Positions 16,951 through 25,495 are shown, counted from the first letter of the stretch. The stretch is DNA of 31,846 bases from a virus (IMGVR_UViG_3300037419_001489:1-31846), one strand, 5' to 3'. Program-made: numbers and translations. The notes: generated by a model from the sequence alone, not told the origin.

Positions 16951-19306
16951 CGGGGTTTCCCTGCGGTTGCGGCTGCGGCGCCGGAATGGCCTGCGGGGCC
17001 GCCTCCGGGCTGGCGGCGTTCAAGTCGTCCGCGAGGCGGTGGGCGTCCTCGCGTTCCTCCCCGCGCAGCGTCTCCGCCTGCGCCTCGACCTGTTGCCCGA
17101 ATTGGCCCATGAGCTTCGCGGCCTCGACAGCGAAGCGCATATCCGCGTCCCGCCGCTTGGTCGCATCGGCCCGAATGGCGGCCTCCCGGCGTTCGGACAG
17201 CGCGGCCAGCTTGGCTTGCAGCTCGGCCTGGGTTTTCGCCTGCTGCGCCTGGAAGAGAAGCTGTTGCGGCGACGGCTGCGATTTCATCGCCTCCGCCATT
17301 TGCTCGGCCTTCTGTTGCATTTCCGGGGTGTAGGCTTTCGCGAACCGCGTCGGGTCCGAAAAACCAAGCTCCCGGGCCATTTCATGCAAGGTGTACGAAA
17401 ATTCCTCCATTTCCACGACGCCGTTGCTCGGGCCGTATTGCTGAATCATCATAAGCTGCTGGCTATACATGAACTGCAAACCGGCGAGCCGTTTCGCGCC
17501 CATGCCGCGGCCAATGCCGGCGTGGACCACCAAGTCCAGGTCGGCATTCCAGGTGCGCGGGTCCACCGTGACTGGCTTCCCCATCAGCCGCAGCGTGCGG
17601 CGATAGTCCTGGTGGCGCATCAGCAGGTTGCGCACGCCCCGGAACAGCCTCGAAAATCCCGTCTCGGCGAAAATCCGGGCAATCATCTCGATACGCTCTT
17701 GGGAGGCGTCCACGGCCGCCTGGACGCCTTCCTTGGCGGTGGACTGGAGCGCGTCCGCATCGATGGCGGAGGGCGCCGCCGGGTTGGTGCCGGTGCGCCG
17801 GGTTTTTACTTCGCCCATGTATTGCAGGACCGGGAGGGCCTGGACGCCGATAAACGGCTTCGCGAGGTCGGCCACGGCGCCGTTCGGGTCGCCGTCCACC
17901 CGGATCAAGGCGCCGCGCGCCGGGTTCAAGGCGTCGTCCAGGTTGACCGTGCGCTTGTTGACCGCGCGTTGCCCGGAAATGCTCTCAGACAGGCTGTCGA
18001 GCACGCCCCGGGCCAGCTCTGAATTGATCTCCTGAATATCCTTGGTCCAGTCGAACACCGAGCCGCCGAACGGGCTGTGCGCCTCCGGGTCCGGGCAAAT
18101 CGTGCCGAAAGGCACCATGTCGTCGTCGTAAATCTCGTTATAGATGATGTGGTAATTGTGCCCGACCGTGATGATTTTCCGGCGCTCGGCAATGCCGTCG
18201 CCGTCGTAATCAACCAAGCAATACACGACGCAATACTTGACCAGCTCGGAGGCCGGGTCCTCGGCGGCGAAACCGGTATCAAACAGCCGCTCCGTGGCGA
18301 TGCCCTGGTTGCGCTGGATTGCCTCCGGGTTCGTCTCCAGGCTGCCGTGGGTGTCGCCCTGGCCGCCCAACGCCTCGCGCACCTCGTCTTCATCGTGGCC
18401 GAGCGCCACGACTTCCGACATGGTGAGCATCTGGCGCCGGCCGATCAATTGGAACCGGTCCAGGTCGCGCGTGGTCGAGCCCGACGTGATGAATTCTTCG
18501 GGCGGGATCGCGGCCACGCGCACCCGGCGCCGCAGCACGCGCTTGCGGACGATGCCGGAGGACAGCACCGGGGTTTCCTCGCCCACCAGCGCCTTGTCTT
18601 CGTCCGTGGCCTCGGACAGCGGCTCGGCCAGCATGTCGCCCTGCGGCTGGGTTTCGTCCGGCCGCTGGTCCTCAATCTCGACTTCGTATTCCAGGCCCAC
18701 GTCCGCGTCCGATCGGTCCTGGGCTTCGAGCTGCAACAGCGTGAGCGCGTCGGCGGGGAGGTCGGTAAACCGCGTGGCGGTCACGTCCTCCAGCTCCTCC
18801 CACCACCACGTGAAAATGCCCGTCTTTTTCAGCAGGGCGTCTTTGATGGCGTCGTGGACGATTTCGAAGCCGGAATTGTCGCGGAAAATGACATGCGAGA
18901 CGTACCGGGTTTGCTGGTCGGCTTGCTCGGAAGGCGTCCCGGGGTTGGTTTCGAATTCAACCGGGTTTGTCGTCCCGCAGAAAATCCGCAGCAGGCCCGG
19001 CATCATGGCCAGGATTGCGTCCCGCGTCTCCGTTAGGACGACTTGGCTGCGGTCCTCCAGCTCATTGCCGAACGGCTCGCCGTCGTAATAGCGCGCGGCC
19101 TTTTCCCGCTCCGGGGACAGGTGCGTGTCCACCAGATTTTCCGCGGCCTCGATCCCCCTTCCAATGATGAATTGGAAAGCGTCGTCGTCCATAAAGCCGC
19201 CGGTCCCCTCGACCGGCTCGGCCTCGGGATACATCGGCGCGCCGTTAAGCTCCGGCTCCGCGAAAAGCTGGTCGTCCTCGCCCGGGATGATTACGCCGCC
19301 GGCCAT
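16940..19306 (-). CDS. Portal protein (P22-like)
   Basis: GGAGG RBS at 19311-19315; YY.GEPFGNE...RSQVV, P.L.RIF, KDALL.K.GI, PPEEF, ARIFAETG; Gln-rich coiled-coil barrel. Confidence 0.93.
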   Translation of the reverse strand: MAGGVIIPGEDDQLFAEPELNGAPMYPEAEPVEGTGGFMDDDAFQFIIGRGIEAAENLVDTHLSPEREKAARYYDGEPFGNELEDRSQVVLTETRDAILAMMPGLLRIFCGTTNPVEFETNPGTPSEQADQQTRYVSHVIFRDNSGFEIVHDAIKDALLKKTGIFTWWWEELEDVTATRFTDLPADALTLLQLEAQDRSDADVGLEYEVEIEDQRPDETQPQGDMLAEPLSEATDEDKALVGEETPVLSSGIVRKRVLRRRVRVAAIPPEEFITSGSTTRDLDRFQLIGRRQMLTMSEVVALGHDEDEVREALGGQGDTHGSLETNPEAIQRNQGIATERLFDTGFAAEDPASELVKYCVVYCLVDYDGDGIAERRKIITVGHNYHIIYNEIYDDDMVPFGTICPDPEAHSPFGGSVFDWTKDIQEINSELARGVLDSLSESISGQRAVNKRTVNLDDALNPARGALIRVDGDPNGAVADLAKPFIGVQALPVLQYMGEVKTRRTGTNPAAPSAIDADALQSTAKEGVQAAVDASQERIEMIARIFAETGFSRLFRGVRNLLMRHQDYRRTLRLMGKPVTVDPRTWNADLDLVVHAGIGRGMGAKRLAGLQFMYSQQLMMIQQYGPSNGVVEMEEFSYTLHEMARELGFSDPTRFAKAYTPEMQQKAEQMAEAMKSQPSPQQLLFQAQQAKTQAELQAKLAALSERREAAIRADATKRRDADMRFAVEAAKLMGQFGQQVEAQAETLRGEEREDAHRLADDLNAASPEAAPQAIPAPQPQPQGNPDGA

Positions 19307-19316
19307 GGTGCCTCCG

Positions 19317-21029
19317 TCAAAATGTGCGTCTGGTCGTCGGCCCACCGCTCGCACGGTTGAGGCGGCCGGAATTCGGACCCATGCCCGACAGGCCGCCGGG
19401 CGCAGCCGTCAGCAGCTCGGGCGGGGCGGACAGGGCGAGAAACAGGCTATCAGCGCGGTCCGGGGACCGCAGGCCGCGCTTTTTCATCGCCTTTTTGCTC
19501 TCGATCGCCAGCACGCCCGCGCTGGAATGGTCATAATGCGCGCTGGTCAATTCATCGCGGAGCAAGTCGCATTTCGGCAGGCGGGCGCGCCCGTCTTTCA
19601 GCCACGACAGGCCACGCTTCCACAGCGCGTCGCGCTCGCGCAGACAGGATTTGTCGTCAGTGGACGTTTCGGCCGCGTTCACCGCAATGACATTGAAGCC
19701 CAATTCTTTCAGGCGGTCCACGACACCGGCACCGATGCCGATAACGTCCACGATCACCGCGGCCGGGATTTCCGGCATGAATAAAAGCGGGCGGCCGACT
19801 TCCTTGCTCTCGCGGACGTACAAATCGCGGTCCTCTTGGGCGAGGGCCACGATTTCACCCACGATTTGCATGGTGTCCTTTTTGCGAAACACCGTCTGCG
19901 GGGCGATGTAATGCAGGCCGTAGCGGCGGGTTATGACCGTGTTGTCGCCGCGCCCGTCCGGCGACCGGCTCGGGTCCACACCGTACACAACCCGCGAAAG
20001 GGGCGGGCGCTGGATATTTCGGGCCATGGCCGCTTTGACCAGGGCATTTGAGATATAGCTTTCGTCGTCCGTCTCGGGGAATTCCCCGAGCACGCGGATG
20101 CGATATTCGTTGCTGTCCTCTCCGAATTCGTCCCGGACTTCATCCACAAAATCCTGGTCTACGGTTGGCAGGCCAAGGGACGACACGACGATTTTAAAAT
20201 TCTTCTCCGCGTGCGTCGTGAAGGCCCGGTGAAAGGTATTGTGCAGCCGGGTCGGGTTGCCGGCCATAATCCGCACCGCGTTGGGCGAGGCCATGGAGCC
20301 GCGGGCGGCGTTGAACAGCCGCTCATCAATGCCCGACGCTTCGTCAAAAATCAGCATGATGTTGGCGCTGTGCATTCCCTGGAAAGCCTCGGGCTTGTTC
20401 GGGTCGGCCGTGCGCGCAATGAGGAACGACCCCTCCGGGTCGGCCTTCAAATTGATTTCGTCGGTGTAGAAATTCAGAAGGTCGCGCAAAAACTCCGGGA
20501 GCTTTTTCGCGAGGCTCACAATTTCCGGGAACAGCGAGCCGAAAAGCTGGCCGGCGGACGGGGCCGTAATCAGGGTTTTCTGCGGGTATTTGCAGAGCAA
20601 ATGCCACAACGCGGCCACGGCCAGCGACAGGGTTTTGCCGACGCGGTGGCCCGAGCGGAGTGCGATGCGCCGTTTGCCGACCGAGAGCGCCCACAGAAAG
20701 CGGCGCTGGTGGCGCATGAGCTTGATGCCCAAAACCTCCGTGGCGAAGGCCACGGCGTCCCGGCCGTACTTCTCGACAAACTGGACGTAGAGGGCGGTTA
20801 GCGCCTCCTGGTCCTGTGGCTGCGGCTCGACCGTCTCCGGGCGTGGCGGGAGCGCCGTGGCGGTCGCACGGGCGCGCTCGGCCGGAGTCCAGCCTTCGTC
20901 ATCGCGGAGGGGGAGGGCGCGCGTCTGGCCGGCATCCCGGGACCCCTCGCGGGGTCGCCGGGCGGAAGTGCGTCGCCTCGGGCTAGGGTTGTCGGACCAG
21001 TCGAGCGCCGCGGCTGCGGCGTCCGACAT
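19317..21029 (-). CDS. terL: Terminase large subunit
   Basis: Walker A RSGHRVGKT, Walker B LIFDEASG, GNPT coupling motif, RVLGEFP, nuclease YGVDPSR...D and SPDRADS. Confidence 0.96.
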   Translation of the reverse strand: MSDAAAAALDWSDNPSPRRRTSARRPREGSRDAGQTRALPLRDDEGWTPAERARATATALPPRPETVEPQPQDQEALTALYVQFVEKYGRDAVAFATEVLGIKLMRHQRRFLWALSVGKRRIALRSGHRVGKTLSLAVAALWHLLCKYPQKTLITAPSAGQLFGSLFPEIVSLAKKLPEFLRDLLNFYTDEINLKADPEGSFLIARTADPNKPEAFQGMHSANIMLIFDEASGIDERLFNAARGSMASPNAVRIMAGNPTRLHNTFHRAFTTHAEKNFKIVVSSLGLPTVDQDFVDEVRDEFGEDSNEYRIRVLGEFPETDDESYISNALVKAAMARNIQRPPLSRVVYGVDPSRSPDGRGDNTVITRRYGLHYIAPQTVFRKKDTMQIVGEIVALAQEDRDLYVRESKEVGRPLLFMPEIPAAVIVDVIGIGAGVVDRLKELGFNVIAVNAAETSTDDKSCLRERDALWKRGLSWLKDGRARLPKCDLLRDELTSAHYDHSSAGVLAIESKKAMKKRGLRSPDRADSLFLALSAPPELLTAAPGGLSGMGPNSGRLNRASGGPTTRRTF

Positions 21030-21037
21030 GCAGGGTC

Positions 21038-21661
21038 CTAATGCACGCTGTTGAGGTCGAGGACGTGGCCCCCGGCCAATGCTCGGAATACGTGCCGGAG
21101 CCGGTCGAGGCGGTCAAGGATGACCGGGGACAACCCGCGCACCAGGATGCCGGCTGGATCGGCGTCCGCGAGCCCGCGGAACACGTCCGGCCAAAAATCG
21201 GCTTCGTCAAAGTCGGGGACTTGTGCCTCGACCGCCAGGGCGTCGAAAATGGCCGCGGCCATGCTCTCATGCACCGCCCGAATGGCCTTTTCCGCCGCGG
21301 GGCTGGCCTGGACCGAAAACCCGTCCAGCTCCTCTATATGCTTGATTAGGCCGGGGACCATTTCCAAACGGGCGAAATCGTTCAGGCCGTAATCCGGGCT
21401 GCTTGGCTCCATGGTCGCCCGCGTGCGGATGACCTGGACCGCGAACTGCGCGACCACGAACCGCATAACCCGGCCCGCGAAAAAGGGCGACGCGAGCTGG
21501 CGCGCGGCGGCTTCCTCGCGCTCCTGGGTGCGCTCGCCCGGGTAGCCAAGCCCGACGCTGGAGGCGAAGCCTTTCAGCAGGATCGGATAATCCTTGAACG
21601 CGCGGGCGAATTCCAGCCGGCGCTTGATTTTCACGCGCGGCGACGCGTTGTCATTCGTCAT
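21038..21661 (-). CDS. Hypothetical protein between TerS-like and TerL
   Basis: 207 aa, GGAG RBS, normal amino-acid composition, overlaps the upstream stop. Confidence 0.7.
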   Translation of the reverse strand: MTNDNASPRVKIKRRLEFARAFKDYPILLKGFASSVGLGYPGERTQEREEAAARQLASPFFAGRVMRFVVAQFAVQVIRTRATMEPSSPDYGLNDFARLEMVPGLIKHIEELDGFSVQASPAAEKAIRAVHESMAAAIFDALAVEAQVPDFDEADFWPDVFRGLADADPAGILVRGLSPVILDRLDRLRHVFRALAGGHVLDLNSVH

Positions 21662-22091
21662 CGTCCTGTCTCCGATTTTCCAAGCGGCGCGAGGTCGGAA
21701 TTTCCTCGAATTCGGCGTCCGCAATATCCAGCACCGGATTTTTTGCCGCAAGCTGTTGCAGGGCGGCGAAATGGGCGGCGCGCTGGTCCGTGACCTTTAC
21801 GTCCACTTTTTGCTCCGATTTCTTGACGACGGAGCCGAACCCGCGGTTTAGCAGGCTGTCCGCGGCGGATTTCCGTGCCGCGTCTTTGATCCCATTGCGG
21901 GCCACGTCCGCCAGGGTTTGAATTGCCAGCTCGGCGTGCGAGCGGGCCATGCGGCGCATGAGGCTTTCGCCGTCCTCGCCCTCGGGAATGTCGGACTTGC
22001 CCCACGCGTCCATTTTCTCGGTGCCGCGCTCGGCGGCGCGGGCGGCCTCCAGGTCGCCCCCGTCGTCATCGTCCCACAGGTCGCCGCTCAT
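21651..22091 (-). CDS. Putative terminase small subunit
   Basis: AIQTLADVA....DAARKSAADSLLNRGFG helical motif, beta tail (KVDVKV), IADAEFEEI; upstream of terL; ATGA coupling. Confidence 0.6.
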   Translation of the reverse strand: MSGDLWDDDDGGDLEAARAAERGTEKMDAWGKSDIPEGEDGESLMRRMARSHAELAIQTLADVARNGIKDAARKSAADSLLNRGFGSVVKKSEQKVDVKVTDQRAAHFAALQQLAAKNPVLDIADAEFEEIPTSRRLENRRQDDDE

Positions 22092-22348
22092 TTCTCGAAA
22101 TCCGCCCATTTCAGGCCCGGGGGCGATTGCTCGGCCCCCGCGCAATAGGCTTCCGCCGCGATTTTGTTGCAGGCTTCCTCATACCGGAGCCATTTCCGGC
22201 CCGCAGCGTACCGCTTGCTCGGGCGCCCGGCTTTCGTGAGCTTAACCGCGTGGAATTGCGCACTGGCGCATTCCGGGAGGTACATGGTCCCGAAATCCGA
22301 CATATAGACGCAATAATTCTGATCCTTGATTTTCGCAGTCCAGCGCAT
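22088..22348 (-). CDS. Hypothetical protein (86 aa)
   Basis: TGATG/ATGA coupled on both sides; MRWTAKIKDQNYCVY... Confidence 0.65.
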   Translation of the reverse strand: MRWTAKIKDQNYCVYMSDFGTMYLPECASAQFHAVKLTKAGRPSKRYAAGRKWLRYEEACNKIAAEAYCAGAEQSPPGLKWADFEK

Positions 22349-22488
22349 CAGGCCCGCCCCCACAGAAGCGAGGTGCCAGGGCCTTCCTCGAAAAACCACG
22401 ACACGGCGCCGGCCAGAAACCAGCCGACAATGAGCGCCATGGCGACCAGGGCGGCGGCCAAGGCGAAGTCTTTTGCCGCGGCGCCCAT
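22348..22488 (-). CDS. Small single-TM protein (46 aa)
   Basis: FALAAALVAMALIVGWFLAGAVSWFF; TGATG coupling. Confidence 0.6.
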   Translation of the reverse strand: MGAAAKDFALAAALVAMALIVGWFLAGAVSWFFEEGPGTSLLWGRA

Positions 22489-22634
22489 CAGCCGAACGCC
22501 GCCTTGCACAGAACAACCAGGATAAAGCCGACCAGGACGGCGGAGGCCATGCAAGCCACCACCCCGAGAAGGGGACCCGGGTCGCGGCCGGTGTCGAGGT
22601 CGTTACAGCGGTAGGGATCGTGGTCGGGGTTCAT
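22488..22634 (-). CDS. Small single-TM protein (48 aa)
   Basis: GGAGG RBS; LLGVVACMASAVLVGFILVVLC. Confidence 0.6.
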   Translation of the reverse strand: MNPDHDPYRCNDLDTGRDPGPLLGVVACMASAVLVGFILVVLCKAAFG

Positions 22635-23010
22635 GGCGAGTGTCCTCCGAATGAGGGCACTCGGGGGAAGGTCCATCCCCGTAGTCCGCGAGCCGCAATA
22701 TGAGCTGAGATGCCTTAACGCGGCAATGCTCCGGTGTCTTCGGGTCGCGGAGAATTTGCGCGAGCTGGCGCACCCCGGCGGCGCTCGGGTAGCGGGCGAG
22801 CCACCGCAACCGCCGCTCCAGGAAATTCGTGGCCTCCGCCTGCCGGTCGAGCCGCGCCAGATGCGCCGCCTCCGCTTCGGCCTCGCGCCGGGCGCGAATC
22901 TCCGGCTCGGCGCGTCGCCGCTTGATTTGCGCCCGGTGGAAATAGTGCCGGAGGATTTCGGCGGTCGTCAGACCGAAGGGGTTTTTCGGGTTGGGCTTGG
23001 GCTTTCGCAT
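22603..23010 (-). CDS. Hypothetical basic helical protein
   Basis: 135 aa in operon orientation; LAQILRDPKTPEHCRVKASQLIL. Confidence 0.55.
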   Translation of the reverse strand: MRKPKPNPKNPFGLTTAEILRHYFHRAQIKRRRAEPEIRARREAEAEAAHLARLDRQAEATNFLERRLRWLARYPSAAGVRQLAQILRDPKTPEHCRVKASQLILRLADYGDGPSPECPHSEDTRHEPRPRSLPL

Positions 23011-23681
23011 TTTCGACGGTCCCGGGGGGCCTGCGAATCTAAACCAGGGGCGGTGGCGGACGCCACTCCACCCCTCGAAAACCCATCTTTTTCTAAACCC
23101 GTATTATCCGCTGGCAGCTTTTTGACACCTTGTCGGCCTCGAAACCGCAGCCACGCGGACCACTCTCGGGAGATGACCTGGACGACGTTCGGCCGGTGGC
23201 GGTAGGGGCTCGCCCGGCGTTCCCCGCAGGCAATGAGCCCGAGCCGGCGGGCGTGGCGCAGCGCGTTCCGGGCCGTGGTGACGGAGACGCCGGCCACGGC
23301 CGCCAGACGGGCGTGGGACCACGCGAATGTGCCGTGGATCGAACACCAGGACCCGACCACCGCCAGGGCGGCTTGCTCGCCCGCGGAGAAGCTGGCGGCC
23401 ACCTTGGGCGGCAGGAAGCCGGAGGCGGCCCAACGGCGGCGCTTCTCCGGGTCCTGGCAGCGCTGCGGCCGGCGGGGGAAGGGGAGCCGAGCGGCCGGTG
23501 CATGACCAGGCCGCCGCTCGAGCGCGGGACCCGGCGTCGGATGCATGGGCGCCGGCGGGCGGGCGAGCTGGTCGAGCTGCGCCGCCAGGGCCTCATACTG
23601 CGCTTCGGTGATCCTGCCCGCAGCGAAGTCCTGCGACAGCTCGCGCAGGGCGTCCGCCCGCGCAGCCTTGTGCATCCCCAT
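22968..23681 (-). CDS. Winged-helix DNA-binding protein, replication-initiator-like
   Basis: RRRWAASG.LPP..AA.F..GEQA.L and HTH ARLAAVAGVSVTTARNALRHARRLGLI...ERR....N.V.V.S.EW.AWL, resembling a family I associate with Methylobacterium/Bradyrhizobium; GAAGGGG RBS. Confidence 0.7.
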   Translation of the reverse strand: MGMHKAARADALRELSQDFAAGRITEAQYEALAAQLDQLARPPAPMHPTPGPALERRPGHAPAARLPFPRRPQRCQDPEKRRRWAASGFLPPKVAASFSAGEQAALAVVGSWCSIHGTFAWSHARLAAVAGVSVTTARNALRHARRLGLIACGERRASPYRHRPNVVQVISREWSAWLRFRGRQGVKKLPADNTGLEKDGFSRGGVASATAPGLDSQAPRDRRKCESPSPTRKTPSV

Positions 23682-23721
23682 AATTAAGCCCCTTCGTGGG
23701 GCCGCGGTCATTCGGGCGTGC

Positions 23722-23850
23722 AGGACCGTCGCGGGAATTAGCGTTCCCGCTTGCCCTTTGGGCGGTTCGGCGCTAAATCGGGGGCTGTCAGGCGGCCCGA
23801 TTTAGCGATCTGGTCCTAAAGCCCTCCGGTTTCGCACCCGGGGGGCTTTT
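23722..23850 (+). ncRNA. Candidate structured RNA (four-way junction plus terminator), antisense to the wHTH leader
   Basis: Stems aggacc/ggtcct, gcgggaa/ttcccgc, ttgccc/gggcgg, cgctaaatcggg/cccgatttagcg, then aaagccctccgg/ccggggggcttt-t; G-U pairs favour the + strand. Confidence 0.45.
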
Positions 23851-23932
23851 CTCGTTTCCGGTTAGCTCGCGGCTGTGATTCCATTCATCTCGGTAATGGG
23901 CCGTTTTCGGCCGCGGCGGCGCTAGTGTCAAA

Positions 23933-24160
23933 TTAACGCTTGCGCTTCGCCAGCTCGCACGCCTTGGCCCACGCCTCGGGCGTTATTTGGCCGGCTTCGT
24001 CCAGGGCGACCATGCGGGGCACGATCGGGAGCGCGGCCTCCAGGTCTGCGAGCTGGCCCGGGAACGAGCGGCCCCGGGTCCACATGCGGGGGACGCGCGT
24101 CCGCTCGGCTTCCTCGCGCTCCAGCCAGCCAATAAATCCGCGGTCGGTGTCGTTGCTCAT
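23933..24160 (-). CDS. Hypothetical protein (75 aa)
   Basis: GGGGA RBS, plausible composition, first gene downstream of the leftward promoter. Confidence 0.6.
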   Translation of the reverse strand: MSNDTDRGFIGWLEREEAERTRVPRMWTRGRSFPGQLADLEAALPIVPRMVALDEAGQITPEAWAKACELAKRKR

Positions 24161-24441
24161 GTGATCCCCGGATAGCGTGATCCCTCTATTTTTAGGCGAG
24201 GGTGCCCGGTCCGCTATTTCAGGGGTGGGGAGGGGGTTCGTCGGCCGATTTGGCCTGAATGTGGCGCGTGACCACCGTTGCAGCGGCGGGGCCGGGTCCC
24301 ATGGCCGGGGCGGGGGGCCTTTCGGCCGCGCTCGCCTGGAATGACGCTTGGCCCGAGCTGGCGCGCGAGCTGGTCGAGCTGGCGCCGCGGTCGCGTGGTG
24401 AGGTCTGGCCTGTGGTGAGCGCCTGTCCCTCTATGCCTACC

Positions 24442-24470
24442 AATGTAGACAGCAGCGCCGAGCCTGTCAA
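24442..24470 (-). promoter_or_regulatory. Leftward sigma70 promoter (P0), member of the repeated promoter family
   Basis: TTGACA-ggctcggcgctgctgtc(17)-TACATT. Confidence 0.85.
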
Positions 24471-24559
24471 GCGGATAATTGACAAACCCAACCGTCCGAT
24501 TGGGGCTGTCAAATACGCCTTAGCGCAGGGTCGCACGGTCTACTACCATACAAACTTGC

Positions 24560-25010
24560 CAAGGTGGTCAAGGTGGACAAGGTGATCCCAACTTTCAGCG
24601 CGCAGGCGCGGGCGCGCAGGCGCAGGCGCAGGCGTGCGCAGGCGTGCGCGCATGTAGGATGCACCTAGTCCGAAGGCACCCTGTTAGATATCAACGACTT
24701 AGAGGAATTTGCTTGGTAGTTTGCTTGGTTCCACCTCGACCAGACCGCGGCATTTGCTAGCCTGCGGAAATCGCTACCTTGTCACCTCCCCGCGTCGCTT
24801 ATTTCTCCCAACTTTCGGGCGTTGTGATTAATTAGCTAAATCCGATTTAATCCGCCTAAATCAGCCGAAATCAGGCCAGCATAGCCGCTCGACCAATCCC
24901 GCACCCTTATACAGCCTCACTAGCAATATCAGGCGCTTAGGCGGATTTGCTTGTCCACGGCTTGTCCTGTTGCTTGTCCAGGACTCGGCTGACCCACCTT
25001 GTCCACCCCG
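24560..25010. repeat. Repeat-rich non-coding region, putative replication origin or terminus region
   Basis: caaggtg x3 tandem; GCGCAG microsatellite; cttgtcc x4; 13-bp inverted repeat; IHF-consensus site; four 10-bp-phased AATC units. Confidence 0.6.
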
Positions 25011-25069
25011 AAACGGGAATTCCCGTCTCGACCGCGTGCCTAATTCAGCGGGTCAAGGCGCTTTAGCGT

Positions 25070-25098
25070 TTGACATCCCCAACGCTGCTGTCTACATT
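25070..25098 (+). promoter_or_regulatory. Rightward sigma70 early promoter P1
   Basis: TTGACA-tccccaacgctgctgtc(17)-TACATT. Confidence 0.9.
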
Positions 25099-25124
25099 GC
25101 TCTGGTCAACAACGGAGCAAGCCA

Positions 25125-25415
25125 ATGACCCTTCGCCACGCTTTCGACGGCCTCACTCTCCTCCCCGTCGCCGGTCATTTCGACGCCGCGACCGGCCACA
25201 CCTTCACACGCGTTTGGGCAAACAATGAGCACCCCTATCCGGGCGAGGCGCACGCGGCGAAGGGCTCAAAATACTGGCGGAACCGCGCTCGGGAGATGCG
25301 GGCGGAATACAGCCAATGCACCGGCACAACGGCCGAGCTGCAAGCCTGGGTGGACCGCGAGCATTTCTGCCATATGGCCGCCGAGCTGGCCGCCGCACGC
25401 GGGATCTACGCCTAA
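25125..25415 (+). CDS. Small early protein (96 aa), unknown function
   Basis: GGAG RBS, directly after P1. Confidence 0.75.
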   Translation: MTLRHAFDGLTLLPVAGHFDAATGHTFTRVWANNEHPYPGEAHAAKGSKYWRNRAREMRAEYSQCTGTTAELQAWVDREHFCHMAAELAAARGIYA

Positions 25416-25466
25416 CCCACTAGCTCGGGCGGTCGCAGAAATGTGCGGCCGCCCCGCATTTCGGCT

Positions 25467-25495
25467 TTGACATCCCCAACGCTGCTGTCTACATT
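25467..25495 (+). promoter_or_regulatory. Rightward sigma70 early promoter P2 (31-bp identical to P1)
   Basis: tttgacatccccaacgctgctgtctacattg at 25466-25496 equals 25069-25099. Confidence 0.9.

Noticed and set aside
62-21392. Many long plus-strand ORFs (e.g. 2397-4040, 4823-6544, 9125-10366, 14425-15648, 16853-18022)
   Set aside because: Antisense shadows of real minus-strand genes in high-GC DNA; Arg/Gly/Pro-biased, with no motifs
23722-23817. Cloverleaf as a tRNA gene
   Set aside because: Arm sizes do not fit; no proper T-loop/D-loop consensus or 7-bp acceptor stem
23563-24381. 17-bp match gcgagctggtcgagctg at 23563 and 24365
   Set aside because: GC-rich common codon string; plausible by chance in a window of this size
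24219-24585. ORFs 24219-24536 (-) and 24259-24585 (+)
   Set aside because: They overlap promoter P0 and its palindrome, lack an RBS and have low-complexity translations
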